A stretch of 62,836 nucleotides of DNA, counting the filler, from Choristocarpus tenellus KU-1152 (taxonomy: Eukaryota; Protista; Phaeophyceae): the NCBI GenBank assembly GCA_964200185.2. It is 12 parts of 12 records of this genome, joined end to end, with 100 filler letters (N's around TTAATTAATTAA, not from the genome) between each part and the next. Parts side by side here need not be neighbours in the genome. Positions count along the whole stretch, not along the records: positions 48,510 to 56,442 come from CAXNAD020005374.1; positions 56,543 to 62,836 come from CAXNAD020008465.1; 10 more parts are not named here. One strand, written 5' to 3'. The first letter of the stretch is position 1, and the number at the start of each line of letters is the position of its first letter. The notes beneath the pieces are model-generated. The model was not told the origin of the DNA. It saw only the letters and a list, made by a program, of their open reading frames with translations, and did not search any database. The position numbers were made by a program, and so were the translations under genes. This document shows positions 49,286 to 62,460 of the stretch, piece by piece.

Positions 49286-49810
49286 AGAGCCAAAGTATCT
49301 TAGAGGGAAGGACCGCGTCCATTTGGGGGCCAAAATCCGATGTTGCAATTTTGACGTAATTTTGGCTATCATGTTTGTTACGAAGTCAATATCCTTGTTC
49401 CAGACACATCTTGTCATAATTTGTGCATTTACCTACTCCGAAACATTTTAAAGTAGGAAAAATGTCATAATAGAACCCGTGAGAAGCCAAGTCCAAAATG
49501 AACAAACAGGGCAAAACTTGTACCCTCTAAGACACATTCACTCCTGATTCAACCAGAAACCCACCACAAACTTGAAAATTGATCAGATCTGACGATATGA
49601 TGGATTGGGTGCCAAAGTAAAAAGAGGTACTCAGGTTTCGGGCGTTTTGCATTTCATGACTCTTTTTCAATCTGGTGCAATTCACCCATATTTCTATGGA
49701 TGAAGTGACAAGCTTGACATACCAGAATCATTGATTTCTCCATTGTTCGACACTTTTTGACAGATTTAGAAAATATCCTACAAGCGTATCTTTGAAAACC
49801 GAATTTTGCA
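49286..49810. mobile_element. Long-TIR element of the CAAAGTATCT family
   Basis: Starts gagccaaagtatcttagaggg...gtccatttggggg; reverse complement of 24420-24640. Confidence 0.7.
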
Positions 49811-49914
49811 AATATTTGTCAGCATCCATAAAATGCGACTCTGAGTACCTCTCGTTTACTCTGACTGTGGGCAACATCACACAAAGTGTAATAAATTTAT
49901 CTCAATTCATAGAC

Positions 49915-50300
49915 ACCAGGAAATATGTCAAGCCTGGGATGTACAGCATATCATGCTTCACCCTGCCATTGCTGTGACATCGAGATTGATTGCACTCTCA
50001 ACAAGGTGCTTGCTGCCACCATCACACTTGTGGGGGGGGGGCTTAAATTACATTGCATGTTCCATAGGAGGAACTGAGCTCCTAAGAACAAAGACGACTT
50101 CAGTACCATCCCGACCCAAGGCTTTGCTGACATTAGAGCAGAAGGCAAGGGGATGGGTAGTGTCCAGGGATTCATCCACATCCACCACAGCATGTATGCT
50201 GTCATATCAGACCTGCTGGCTGGAACATACTAACTGGAAAAATAGTGACCATGTTGTTGTCCCTCAAGGCTGTGTAGTGAATAGTATATTAATGCGTTCA
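49915..50300 (-). mobile_element. Possible Helitron/PIF1 helicase C-terminal relic
   Basis: DSIHAVVDVD..HPLAF, LGAQFLLWNM..L.PP and MLYIP, spread across frames, weakly recall the KVGAP..LLRNL.P and .LIPRI motifs. Confidence 0.25.
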
Positions 50301-53300
50301 AGGTGGAAGAGGTCATGTGGCAACGTTTTCCTCTGTACCGCTTCCTGGCCGTATCTGAGGTCAGGTGCCCTTCTTTCCTCATCATCTCTTCCTCTAGGCA
50401 CCGATTAGATTTGGCATTTAAAATAGGATATATTTTGGTGGATATATCAAACTTCTACTGTGATGGTACTATAATATATTGTAGTATAAATATTTGGAAG
50501 GGAGAAGGAAGTGGATGCACCGATAAAGTGGACTTTGAAGGTTCACTGTGTCTGTCATCTGCATATAGGTAGTAGGTGGTCTATCAATATGAGCCTCAAA
50601 GCAAGCTAGTTGTCTTCGTTTTACTTCGAGAAAGCATGTTATATATATATATGTATATGTATAGAGGGGTACTGACTTGACTCTTCTGTGTATCGAGAGC
50701 AGTGTTAGTTGATGTAACAAGTATTTCTGAGGAGAGGGTCAATAAACCACCTTTCCTTGGGAAACCGATAATGTTGAGCTTTTCTGGGTTGTTCTGTTGA
50801 TTTTCTGGTGCCCTGTTCCTTGTTGCCTCTGCGATCAATTTTCTACTCCAGAGTAGCAAAAATCTGCTCACGATGCTTTATCAATTTATAACTTGCTATT
50901 CTTCGGCTGAGCTCTCTACAGCATTTGATGTTCAAAATCCGCATGCGTTGCACTCAAGTACATTGCATCCAACACTCACAAAGACCTATCTCACCTTCAC
51001 TAGTCGCGTGAAAGACCTTGTTATGCTATCAATCAGTGGGTATGCTGCAAATCAGTGCCTGAACGGCACCCATCATTATCTCTCTTTATGTATATCAATA
51101 TAACTCTACCCTACTCATAATAGTAAGTATCAGCGATTACTAATCTTGAATGTTTGAAGCCACGACCTGTGATAGCCATGGTAGCAGTAGCTCCACGTTC
51201 CATTAGAGAAGGCTAGACTTAGGAGAATGTTGGTGATATGGATGGTATCAGCTTCCTTCGATATTTCTACACACTTGCGGAAAATTCCAGTGCTTTTGTC
51301 GCTAAAATCATGCGTACATAATGTACACTTCTAACTAATCTGCAAGCTTTTGACTCCCCTGTGTACTTCAGGAATATCATCTAGTCTATTTGTCGCTTAT
51401 CCCAACCTACTTGCACCCTGCACGAATATGTGCTTTCAAAGTCCTTAAGGCACATACATCCCCGCCATGGTACTCTGCCACGATTAACTATGAATAGACC
51501 AGCTCCGTACCATTAATGTTTCATTGGGCTGCAGGCCGGCATACAGCCTGGTCTGGTCACATTCTTTGATGGCCCTAGACTGATCATTTTAAAATCAGAC
51601 TTCACCGTGGATACCCTGTGGTGCAGTGTGGTCAAAGACTCTAACTGTCCTGGAGCGACCCTGTTCAAAACTTGTGTCCCTGGGGATAGTCTGCCACCTA
51701 GTCCAGTCGAAATTTTGACAGCTTTTGGACCGTTCCCACATCTATAGAAAATACGCCATTGGTAATGACCCACAGCCCAGTCTTACCATATTTTACCAGT
51801 CTGGTGAAAACCCCTAACAGATATTGGACTAAAGTGGGTCATAGCATCCTAGAAGGGGTCTGTTTAAGTCATTCTGACTGTGAGGGATTATTGAAATCCT
51901 CCACCTGAAAACCCAACTCCAACGTTCTGAATGTAGCTAACACTCATAAATACATAACTACTGTTACTGAAAAACTGGACACGGACATTCTTCCTGCAAG
52001 TGCGATAACCATCTCTATCCGGGATATTATGATGACATAAGTACAGGGCGTACAATGGAAAGCCGGTTTGACCAGCGCATGACACAGACAAAGAAAAAAA
52101 CTTCAAGTGAGAGTCGCTAACGGTTGTGGTGACAACACACTCGCAAGGTCAAGAACCGATATACAACAATAAGTTGTAACGGTGACGAGTTAGTCCCTGC
52201 TCAGTCCATACTTACGTGGTTCACAACGAAACATGATCAACCCACGATCAACCTCACCTAGTTATTATACATGCATTTCTCAAGAATGAGTCATTATTTC
52301 TACATGAGTATGCGAACATAACATGAACTGTTAACGCACAGACCGACAAAAGCACAGAATTACTGATCATGTACGTGAGCAGTAGAATCGAACCAGATAT
52401 TCATATTTCAGAATCGTCGCATGACATGGAGGAACTGCTGCTTTGAGCAATATTCAACATACTATCATACTACTAATAGAAAAAAAAAGTACTTTGGTTG
52501 TCTTACCACTCTGTTGTCAACATTGTGTGTGGTTTGAAGCTGGATGGTGTTCAGAGAATTTATTACCAATACTAGCGAGAAAATGGCGTTTTGAGCCACT
52601 CTCTCTCTTGTTCAGGCTTGAAGGATATTCAGCCAGAGTTCTACCATTTATCTTCCCCTCTGAGGGCACATCTCTTTGTTGTATATAGTAGTATATATCG
52701 CTTGAGCAACACTCCCTCCAGTGGTGAACATACATATGGACATGCCAACACAAGAGAAAACATTCTCTTGCGATGTGCATGGAAACAGCACAGACAAAAC
52801 CCTTTACCACCTGTACCATCAGCAACCAACACACAAAAAACGTACATTATCTAAGCCAACCCCACCCCAAGTAGAGAGCAAAATCAATTCCGTCCCCAAC
52901 CTCAAATGGACCGACCGATGACCTCATGCACCCAATACCTCCATCAGAATAACGTTATTCTCCCAGTGAATGACAAAACAAATGCACACATGGCTCAGAA
53001 TGTTCGTAGGGGATGGGGGGGGGGGCAGGTTTGCTGAAAAAAATAGTATACAATTCCAACAAAATCAATAGTGGTGATCAAGCAACCCCTTCATGCAGAG
53101 ACAAAGACAAAACTTTCCCCCAGCTACAGTGCAACCAAGCATATGTAGGCGTCAGCACCTCCCACAGGGTTGGCTCTTCCCTCTACCGTGATGATGAGGT
53201 TTGCATATCTACCTTGCCAGAGAAGGGTGGTCCTCTGCCTTGCCCCCTCATACAATCCATCAAACAGCAGTTGTTGCTATCCTGGGTCAGCCTTTAACCT

Positions 53301-54668
53301 CTCCGTTGAAACTCTCCACACAATCACAAATCACAAACGAAAACAATCATGCAAACACAAAGTTCTCAAACAAACACACGCCTGCACACATACACAATAT
53401 AAAATGGTGCACAGCCATAACCCGAGAGTGAACTCTTCAGTCCAGACCCTGTTGCCAGTAATTGCCCCGACACCATTGGGAAAGGATACAAAAGGAAACA
53501 GAAGCCTTGTTGCTAGTTTAAACAACCCTTGCAGCCAGTCACTAAACCCTATATCAGGGTCTTGGGGCCACTGGACCAGCCCCACAACAACCAAGGACCC
53601 TTACCATACACAGCGTTGGTGTGAGCATGGTACAGACCTTGAAATCCTCCCCAATCATCAATTAGACACATGCATATCTATGTACATCGTCCAATGGACC
53701 CATGATTCCCTCCCCCTACCCCCCTTCTTCACACACCCCACCAAACCAAGTCCCCTGCCTGACAAATAGTCCCTGACCCTGGAAAGTGGCAAACATGCTT
53801 ACAGATTGCCTCTACCCAAAACACCCACCACAGTCAACAGCAAGAATGTGTGCCTTCACCTTTGCCCCAAAAAACAAATAGAGCCAATGTAGAGGGCATA
53901 AGGTATCCAATACACAAATAAACCACACCATAGAAAGAGTGGAAGAGGGTCAACACCTCAAGAAACAATGCACCCATCTAGGCACAAAATTTCCCTTTCC
54001 TCAATAAGTTGTATCCTGTCCATCCCATCAGGCGTTGTGGATACACCTTTCAGTCTTGGTCCCCTTGCTCTCTCTCTCTCTCTCCCTGACATAGCCATCG
54101 GCGATGCCACTTGGAGTTATCCAAGATCACCCATGAAGTTCACCACTATGACTGAGTGACACATTGAGTTATCATGGGGTGAAAGTTAAAACAGCGGTTG
54201 GGGGGCAATAAGGGGATGGGGAGATGTATCTTAAATCGTTGTTAAAACATTGATATCCAGAAGGACTTGAATCTCTTGAGGCATAGGCCAAGTATGGAGG
54301 ATGGTAAGTGAAGAAAGGTCACTAACCGTACGCCCAAACTGCATAGAGGACGAGAAAAATCAACAACGCCGCATTATTACATGGAAACCCAGAAAATCCC
54401 AAACCCAGCTCAATGCGTCATCATTGTTCTCCAACCCCAGTTGAAGGGGCAAAGTCAAAACACACCTATTGCATCGAACACAATTCCCGTACCCCCCTTT
54501 GAAACCACCCTACTCTGTCTGAAGCATAGCAAGAGCACAAAGTAAACGGACCTTCTTCATTCCAAAACAGCCAAGAGCACAAACTAAATGGATCAATACG
54601 CAGAGCACCTACCAAGGCCAAATATCAATACGCAGATACCTTTTCCCTCCCTATCCATTGCCACCCAT

Positions 54669-54672
<4 letters not shown>

Positions 54673-54711
<39 letters not shown>
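54673..54711. repeat. (GA)n microsatellite
   Basis: Perfect AG run; further (TC)n/(TG)n tracts at ~27210-27257 and ~27415-27440. Confidence 0.95.
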
Positions 54712-54712
<1 letters not shown>

Positions 54713-54868
54713 GTGAGACTAAACCGGCGCAACCCTCGCCAAACCTCACTCAGAGCATGAGAATCACAGCAACCAAAAACAGACAAAGCATCAAAAGTGT
54801 AACAAACACAAAAAATATAACCAAAATACAGAAACAGCCAAAGACTCAAGTTCCCGCCAGCGAATCAC

Positions 54869-56040
54869 CTCACTCCCTTCCTCATCAGCCGACACAAGAC
54901 CCGGCGAGTGCGCCCGTCCAACAAAGTGCTCGACGAAGTGTTGCTATTCAATGAGCTAGTGTGATCATCTGATGACGTGCTGGTATCCGACAAAATACTG
55001 CCTTCTGACAACGTGTCTCCTGCAACCTGACCCTCACATGCCACCGCAGCTACACCCTCCTCCCGAGAGACTGAATCAGAAGGCATTGCACGTCCCGCCT
55101 CGAACAGGACAGACCCCTCAGTACCATGTGGGACAAAGATCTCCCTAATTCGGGGCGGGAGAACCCCAGCGTATGCATCCTCACCATCCTGTACCTCATC
55201 TCGCTTCTCCTCCTCATCAACATCCTCAGTTTCATTTCCACCCTCACCCTCCTGCGATCCTTCCCTTTCCAGCAATGTTTCATTTCCACCCTCACCCTCC
55301 TGCGATCCTCCCCTTTCCAGCAATGCTTCATTTCCACCCTCACCCTCCTGCGATCCTCCCCTTTCCAGCAATGTTCCATCCCCACCCCCTCCACTATGTA
55401 CACCCTTACCCACTTCAATACCACCCATCACTAATGGTAGTTCATCAACAGTACCATCATCATCACCCGCAGGAGCAACTTCGTCAGTACCCATTTTCCA
55501 TGCACCTCCAGATTCTTCTTCCCCCTCCCCCTGACCCACATCAGACAGCGTCGCATCCCTTCCCATCACACCCACTGACTTCGCCCAATCTTCCTCACCA
55601 GATGCCCAATTGCCAGGCATCTTCTTGCCCACCAAAATATCTTCACCATTCAAGCCCTTCTCAATCCCCTTCGCTCCCCCCCCCCTCCCACTAACACCAC
55701 CTTCCAAACCACCTATACCCTCAGCCACTGCATCTGACCAACTAGCCCCACCAGTCGCATTCTTAGAGTCCACAATACCCCGAGAACTTCCCTCAAAAGT
55801 AACGCCCAAACTGCTGGGGGGGGGGGCACCAGCAGTCTCTGAAATAGAACGTGGGAATGGAGAGTGTGAAATAGATGAATCCGACGAAAAAGGACTCAAC
55901 TTACATTCATCCCCATCAGAGCTTAGTGCTTCAGACGGGCCAAGAGCAGGGACTAGGTCCTGTACAGGGGTTGGGCGGGCCAGTGGGTTTATCGGTGGCT
56001 GTCCCTGTGCGCTAGGGTTAGGGAGTAGTGACTTGGCTAT
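54869..56040 (-). CDS. Large internal exon of an uncharacterised Gly/Glu/Ser-rich, probably disordered protein
   Basis: Pyrimidine-rich CAG acceptor at 56041; ~390 open codons from IAKSLLPNP to RRVLCRLMRKG; GT donor at 54873 or 54868. Confidence 0.65.
55230..55374 (-). repeat. Coding tandem repeat, 48 bp x3 (LLERGGSQEGEGGNE[A/T])
   Basis: Three near-identical 16-aa units. Confidence 0.9.
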
Positions 56041-56542
56041 CTGAAGGGGGTGTGATAGAAAGGAGAGAGATGCGGGCAGTGGGGGGGGGGGTTCATGTAG
56101 TTAAAAGAAAAATTCATTGATTCTGGGTATGCCGAAAGAGATGCAAGGGTCTTATCTACAATAGGAAACACCAACCCAATAGTCCAGCATGCTTGGTCCC
56201 TCTCTGCCTATTGGTGTCTCTGCAAGCGAGAAAGTATGGCCGACAGATAGCACTACTGGCATATAATGTATTCGTTACTGATTAAGAAACGCACATCATC
56301 TTCCAGTGTGTCCTACTCTCTGCATACAAACCAGAAAAAAAATACTTAGGACAGCACTTACACAACTCACCTTTAAAAAAAACGAAACACACACAAGTGA
56401 AAACAATACCAGGGTCAAAGTATCTGGGGGGGGGGGGGGGGGNNNNNNNNNNNNNNNNNNNNNNNNNNNNNNNNNNNNNNNNNNNNTTAATTAATTAANN
56501 NNNNNNNNNNNNNNNNNNNNNNNNNNNNNNNNNNNNNNNNNN

Positions 56543-56638
56543 AAATCGGAGTTCCCCCTTTTGGGATTCCCCATGCGCGTATACTGCTCGCGCCGGTTAA
56601 AGCGCGGGAATGAATACTCGCGCTATTCGCCTGTAACA
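56543..56638 (-). mobile_element. Terminus of a second copy of the TGTTACAG element
   Basis: Reverse complement tgttacaggcgaatagcgcgag...gcgcgagcagtatac aligns to 47823-47915. Confidence 0.7.
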
Positions 56639-56957
56639 CTTATGTGTCGATTGGTTTGGCTCAATATAAGAATGGGGATACCTCTTTACATAAAGTCACC
56701 TTAAACCCACAGAGCCTCCCTTGTACAAAACTTGATTACTAATTAGCGTATCCAAAGGACATCCCTGTAAGTTACAGACCTCGTTGTTGTCATGTTTGTC
56801 ATTAACCTAATACTATGTATTATGTTTCTTCTTGATCCCTACATTCCTCCATGATAAACACCTGCAAGATGTCAGCAGGGAGACAAACATAAAAATACAA
56901 TTACTACTTTGAGTAAGTTATAATCTCCACATTAGTCTGGAGATTATTTTAGGCCAT

Positions 56958-57121
56958 GACCCAAAGTATCTGGGGGGGGGGGGGGGGTCTGAACCAGGGT
57001 GTCCATTTGATCCATAACCAGGAAACGTGCACTTACGTTATCCACCCAACGAATGCAACCAAATCACCGAAAAATCGCAAGATGAAAGAAATGGTCCAAA
57101 TGGACAGCCGCAACCCCCTCC
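56958..57121. mobile_element. MITE-like element, CAAAGTATCT(G)n family
   Basis: gacccaaagtatct(g)n...tgcacttacgttatcc...aaatggacagccg; matches 39873-40045 (reverse) and 61585-61713. Confidence 0.7.
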
Positions 57122-58134
57122 TATATAATGTCCATATCTTGTCTCTTGATGCTCTCTACAGTTTGTAGTGCACCAACTATTTTGTTGCCAGTTCTGCAGA
57201 TACAGAACAAAGACCAGGTCTGCACCTTTCAGTAGATTTTTCCCCTGCATATAATACCTGCTGTTAGTACCTTTTTTGGTGCTTCTTCACAGAGACGAAA
57301 TATTATGTTCTTGATCTGTCGATATTGAGTGGAGACATTGTCACATATGATTGACTAAGATTCAAGTTACTGTGGGGACAACAGGCTCATCTTCATCAAG
57401 AGTTCACATTGATGGGGAGGTGTGGCACCTCCTCAATGTCAACTTATCAGATGCTGGGGCAGAGCATTATGTAGCAAAGATGCAAAAGTGTCTTTTAATC
57501 CCGATCAGTCACACAATCTTAAGCAGTCATTTGTTTTGGACAAAGAGTAACATACATAATTCCCTTCCTGAGTACAAGGACAGATGGAATAAATGCTCAA
57601 AGAACTCTAGCGTATACAAAACTTCGTCACCAACTCCTGTGCCTGACCTATGCTTGACATTTTTAGGTCATGTGTGAGAGCATTTTTCCTGCCTTTGACA
57701 CGCTGTTGATTGGAAGAGTGATTTTATTGCAAGGATTTTTCCCTCCTGGGCAAGAGATCACATTGCAGGACAAATTGCTCGATGCGGGGTTATTGTAACA
57801 CATAAGGCCCTTCATACCAGCAGTTGCCCTTTCAGTAACTGACAATATGTGAGGTATGAAGAGGTTTAGGAACGAAGCTTTTCAGGGAAATGCCCCTCTA
57901 TCTACATTATGGAGTACATTTCTAATAGCAACGCCGCCTCTCCATCTTCCCTTCCTGCTGTGCAGTGTATGTCACTGTCATTTCCATTTCTGCACGCATC
58001 TAAGACTCCTTGAGTGTACTGCATAGCCTTCATAGTTCTCTACAATCAAGCATTATTTTCCTCGACTAGGTGTCTGGTGAGAAAAAGTAGCCTAGGTATG
58101 GTGGATTCCTTGTATCTACATCACGGTATACTTG

Positions 58135-60523
58135 TCACACCCCATCGTAGGTGTACATGTCCCAGTCTAGGGCTCTCCGAATGCCTGAGGAACAAGAGAG
58201 TAAGAACATGGGGAAAATGTGAGTACTTAACCTGACAGGTGAAGGAGGGGGGAGCTTTTCATCAACTTCCAGCATATGCTTCTTTATCTAATGATTTTGT
58301 AGTTGAAACCCATGTCTGAAAAGGGAGTGGGGATTTGGGTACAATTGATACCTGTTTACCTCTTGGTTTTATTACTGGTTGCAAGTGTGTACTCTTGTTC
58401 CTTTCATAACCCATTCAACCTTTATAAATTGAGGGAAGCAATGCCTAAGAACCGTTTCAGGTACTTTTGTGTGTTAAAATGATGCCGTCCGAATGTGAAA
58501 GCAATGGACACGGAGGGGGAAGGGCATGGTCATATTCCCCAACTAGATCAGTGCTACCTTGGCCATTTGTCTGAGATCTCAGCTAGGTTCCTGCTCAATA
58601 ATCCATGCTTGTGTACACAAACAACTTGTACAATTCTATACTACACAAGTATTGAAGCATCATTCCTGACAAGATCAAAGCACAACATTCGACTCAACGT
58701 TGAACCACAAAGGGCAGCACCACTCCCAGTAACAATTTGTGAGCACCATGAATGAAAAGGGGCTGTCTGATGCAATCAGGTAGATCTCTGATACAATAAA
58801 GTTAAGCTTTAGATTCCTGCAATGTGTGGTTGGCATGAAGTCATAGAAAGACATTTTCATTCAACGATTTTAAATGAGGGATATATATTCTAACTAGGAT
58901 GAAAGTCCTGATCAACCCAAGTGCCTTTGGGTTGGGAGTTGTTTCATCTACACTCATTGCCGACCACATTCAAGACTTGCCTTCCAAACGATCCTTGAGT
59001 CTTCCTTGGTCGGATAGAGGCTGCTGCATTGGGTACACAAATATAGTTGTTCGTGATGCAGCTCGGTAGACCACCATATTGTCCATCGGCTTAACAAGAA
59101 ACTCCACGTCATCCACACCGTCAGGTGGCACCTATGATCAAAGAATGTGACATAAGCAAGGGACACATTCCATTGAGGATATGTTAAGTGAAATGATGTG
59201 CTTACTCGTCTCTTTATTATCTGACTCTGGCCCCATATATATCACAGGTACAGGGCAGTGATAGGAAGGAAATCAAGATGATTAGGACAGAAAAAGCAAA
59301 AGGTAATGGGACAGGAGGAAACAACTCAGTTTACAAGGATCTCCACCTTACTGGGGAACTCCGCACGCAGGTATCGGGAATTGGTATTGATCTCTCTAAG
59401 GGTAACATCAGAGAGATCCTCAATTGTTGCCACGAGGGAAGAGAAAGCTTTGTCCGCGTCGGTCGTGGCCTTGCTGTAATCCCAAGGGCTCCCAAACTTG
59501 CTTGGTGTCTTGAGTGATGATGTGCTGATGCAGTTCTCGGAAGACCTTCAGAAATAGGGAGTGCCGAACAGTTCCTAAAATGTCAAGCACTTTATGGGTA
59601 CAACATTATAAGACAAGGGAGGTACGAGCAGGATGTATTTGTCTCGTTCCTATTGACATTGGATTACCTGAAACAACATTTGAGCAACTCTGCATGAGTG
59701 ATTAGAGCTCCTTCCCAAAAAAATTGATCCCTCAACGGATTCTGTCGCAACTCTCACAATCATCAAAGACCTCAGCGATCCTTAGGCGCTTTAGAGATTA
59801 CCCTTACGAGCGGGCAATGTGTGCTTCGGTTAAGGTCCACGTTGGGACTGCTCAACAGACTTTCGTTGTTAGTGAATGACTCCCTACCTTATCTTAGCTT
59901 CGATTTGCAGCAATGCTTAACTTCAATATTGCAACGGGCATCCATCATCCCAGTGACCAATAAGATTGCTGGGGTGGGCTGTACCACTTCGGAACAGGCA
60001 AGCACAAGGACATGGACCCCCACCTGCAGACGTACAGCCGACCGTTCCGGTCTAGCCCACGTGGTTCACAGGACACGGTCGTCACAGAAGGGTTGGATAT
60101 CGTACGGCACCCCTCCATCCCTGGTATACCATCTGCCCCAGCCAATAACGGTTCGCCAAGAAACAGCGCTGCAGCAACTATACCAGCAGTGAAAACACTA
60201 AGCGTAGTTCCAGACACACAGCCACCCCTCCTGTCCATCTTCAGAGTCACTTGTATTTTTCTCTGCGGTACTTTCAACTTCCTTCCGGCTGATAGGAAGC
60301 CAGTGGAGAAGGGCTGGCAAGCACAAATTATGGGAAAGAGCAATGGGAAGGAGATCTCTTGGTGCAAATGTAATGAAGGAGTCGCAGGAAGTATATGCTC
60401 GAAGGCAAGTTTCATGGTAGTACCAGGACACACGCTTGTGATTGAGAGCTATACCTGAGCTCCGAGTGGGCAGAAAGCGAGAGGAAGCAATGCCCACATC
60501 GCAACTACTTGGATGGATGGCAT
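58135..60523 (-). CDS. DUF1499-family thylakoid-lumen protein (5 exons: 60523-60455, 60313-60024, 59545-59347, 59131-58981, 58184-58135)
   Basis: Signal peptide GAQ|PF, transit peptide, lumenal signal ending AGA-D; GRLYVCR|SSENCISTS...SPWDY...RYLRAEF...VDDVEFL...VYRAASR...SDQGRLKDRLE|GIRRALDW...*. The last intron is GC-AG. Confidence 0.85.
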
Positions 60524-61584
60524 ATCGCTCGCAACTTCTTCGACTTTCCAAAATGTCAGTGTCACATGTTTACATCTTTGTATAAAAATCATTGTTTGGA
60601 TGTTTGGATTTGTGTGATCCCCAACCTCAATCTTTGTAATTACCGATACATTAATCAAGTCATCCCGTCTATCAATATTTGATATTTATACTATTTTTCT
60701 GTACTTCAAAAATAGAAGTAGAAATGGGTATACAAAAAGATGTCATGTGATGCGTAACTTCACTCTTGGTTGTTGGTAGGGGTTCTTGTCTTGTCTGTTA
60801 TCGTTGACTGCTATTTTCGATATATCGTAAATATCGATGAACAGTATTTGACTCCACCAACGACGATACTGTCTGGAAATGATATCCACTGTTTATCTGT
60901 CTCATAGATTCTGTTGTATTTGGTCAAGAATTCTGGATTGATTGTTTACAACATAACAAGTCAGGACAGATCAGCGTCACACACCCTCACCTGCCTCAAA
61001 CTAGAAGGACTGTGTCTTGTTGTCTTCAGGTTCTACCCACTCGTTTCAGCTTTTTGTGGGTCCACACTCCTGTCTGACAATACCACCACTCCACATGAAA
61101 AGGGAAGAAAAACTCAGCACGAAAAGAAACAACACGACAAAACAAAAACTTAGAACGGGAATTTTATCCCACTAACTCTTGAGCAACAGGGAAGGTGAGT
61201 GGAAAAGTTGATCAAAGAAGACCTTTGCCAATTAAGAATTTTCTCCCCCTTTCGATAAAGTGACCTACGAGTAGCCTGGGTACTGACATGACCTTTGTTG
61301 CGTGGTGATACACGATGGTTGTCAACACAATGACTGAGTATAGGTGGGGGTTCGGTGTGACATTGTGGATGCCTGAGTTGTGAGACTGAATGCCCTGTGG
61401 AACAAGAAGTCACGACGGGTGGTCTTGCCGATGAGCAGGCAGAAGAGCAAGGATATGGTTGGTTCTTCTGACCGGTAGTGATCCACCTCTATATGAAGAT
61501 GTTGGTTATCTCACTGCAATTGTACAACTTCAGAATGGGGAACTTGCACGATCAGATTCGTGTTGACGAGCTTGAAACTTGAGG

Positions 61585-61713
61585 CTCAAACTACCAGGAA
61601 AAATGCACTTACATTATCCATCCGACACATGCAACTAAATCACCCAAAAATCGCTACATATAAAAAATGGGCCCCAAATGGACAGCAGCGACCCCACTCA
61701 GATACTTTGAGCC
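61585..61713. mobile_element. Partial MITE copy, CAAAGTATCT family
   Basis: ccaggaaaaatgcacttacattatcc...aaatggacagc...agatactttgagcc. Confidence 0.65.
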
Positions 61714-61999
61714 TTGAAGAGGTCCTGAAGTCATGCAAGTGGTACAGATTTGGTCTTTGTGCAATCCAATTAATCTTGTGTGATAAACCCCGGTACAGCA
61801 TCACCAAACCATTCCTGGTGTTTGACCACCTCTCGATCTGTGGACCTCAACAAGGAAGGTGAGGTATCCTGAAGATTAACCTGGCACATAGCTCAATCAC
61901 ATGAGCTAACATGATGCTCCAGGGACCTGGAAAAAGTCCCTGGACAACCCCTGTGATCCACCCTAGGGGATGGGAAGACCTCTGTTTACAATCCGTGGA

Positions 62000-62460
62000 T
62001 TAGGAGTCCTTGGATGGCGAGGACACACTGGACGGCAAGACTGACTCTGACCTGTTGCTGGTGGGTGAATAACACATCTTGTCCTTGTCATTGTTGGCCT
62101 TTTGTTCTTGCCCATCTTCACCCTCAGCTAATGATTGTGTCTAGGTTGACGTTGTTGCTGCCAGCGGTGTCTTCTGGTCTTGGAATTGGGTATTCTGGCA
62201 AGTAGGTTGAGGTCTTGCCTCTCGCCCTCTATCTGAATTCACCAGACCACCAATGCGACTTGTGATTTTCTGTAGTGATGTAGTTCACTGAGACAAGGGT
62301 GATGAGGAGAATCACCGGGTAAAACGTGGACCAGATGAACCAAGATGAACCGTAACTGAAAGGATGAGTAAGGTTGGATGAAAACAAGTGTGGAGAGTGA
62401 AGTGAATGACGAGAGAGACAGGATGGGCTCCAAAGGAGATCTATCAGCACTTGGCACCTA
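62000..62460. mobile_element. Degenerate RTE-like LINE 3' fragments in both orientations
   Basis: + strand FTETRVMRRITG...TSVESEV; - strand NLDTIIS*G*RWA...DVLF. Both recall the RTE C-terminal 'R.lR.i.g ... RlRWaGH' region. Confidence 0.3.

Noticed and set aside
55050-56044. Overlapping His/Pro-rich and other alternative-frame ORFs
   Set aside because: Shadows of the low-complexity minus-strand exon and its tandem repeat.
2989-56542. Regularly recurring TTAATTAATTAA motif as a biological repeat or CRISPR-like array
   Set aside because: Always centred in identical N blocks; it is a synthetic six-frame-stop linker.
57351-57677. ORF ending TFLGHV as a gypsy reverse transcriptase remnant
   Set aside because: Single short motif only; no YxDD or other RT blocks.
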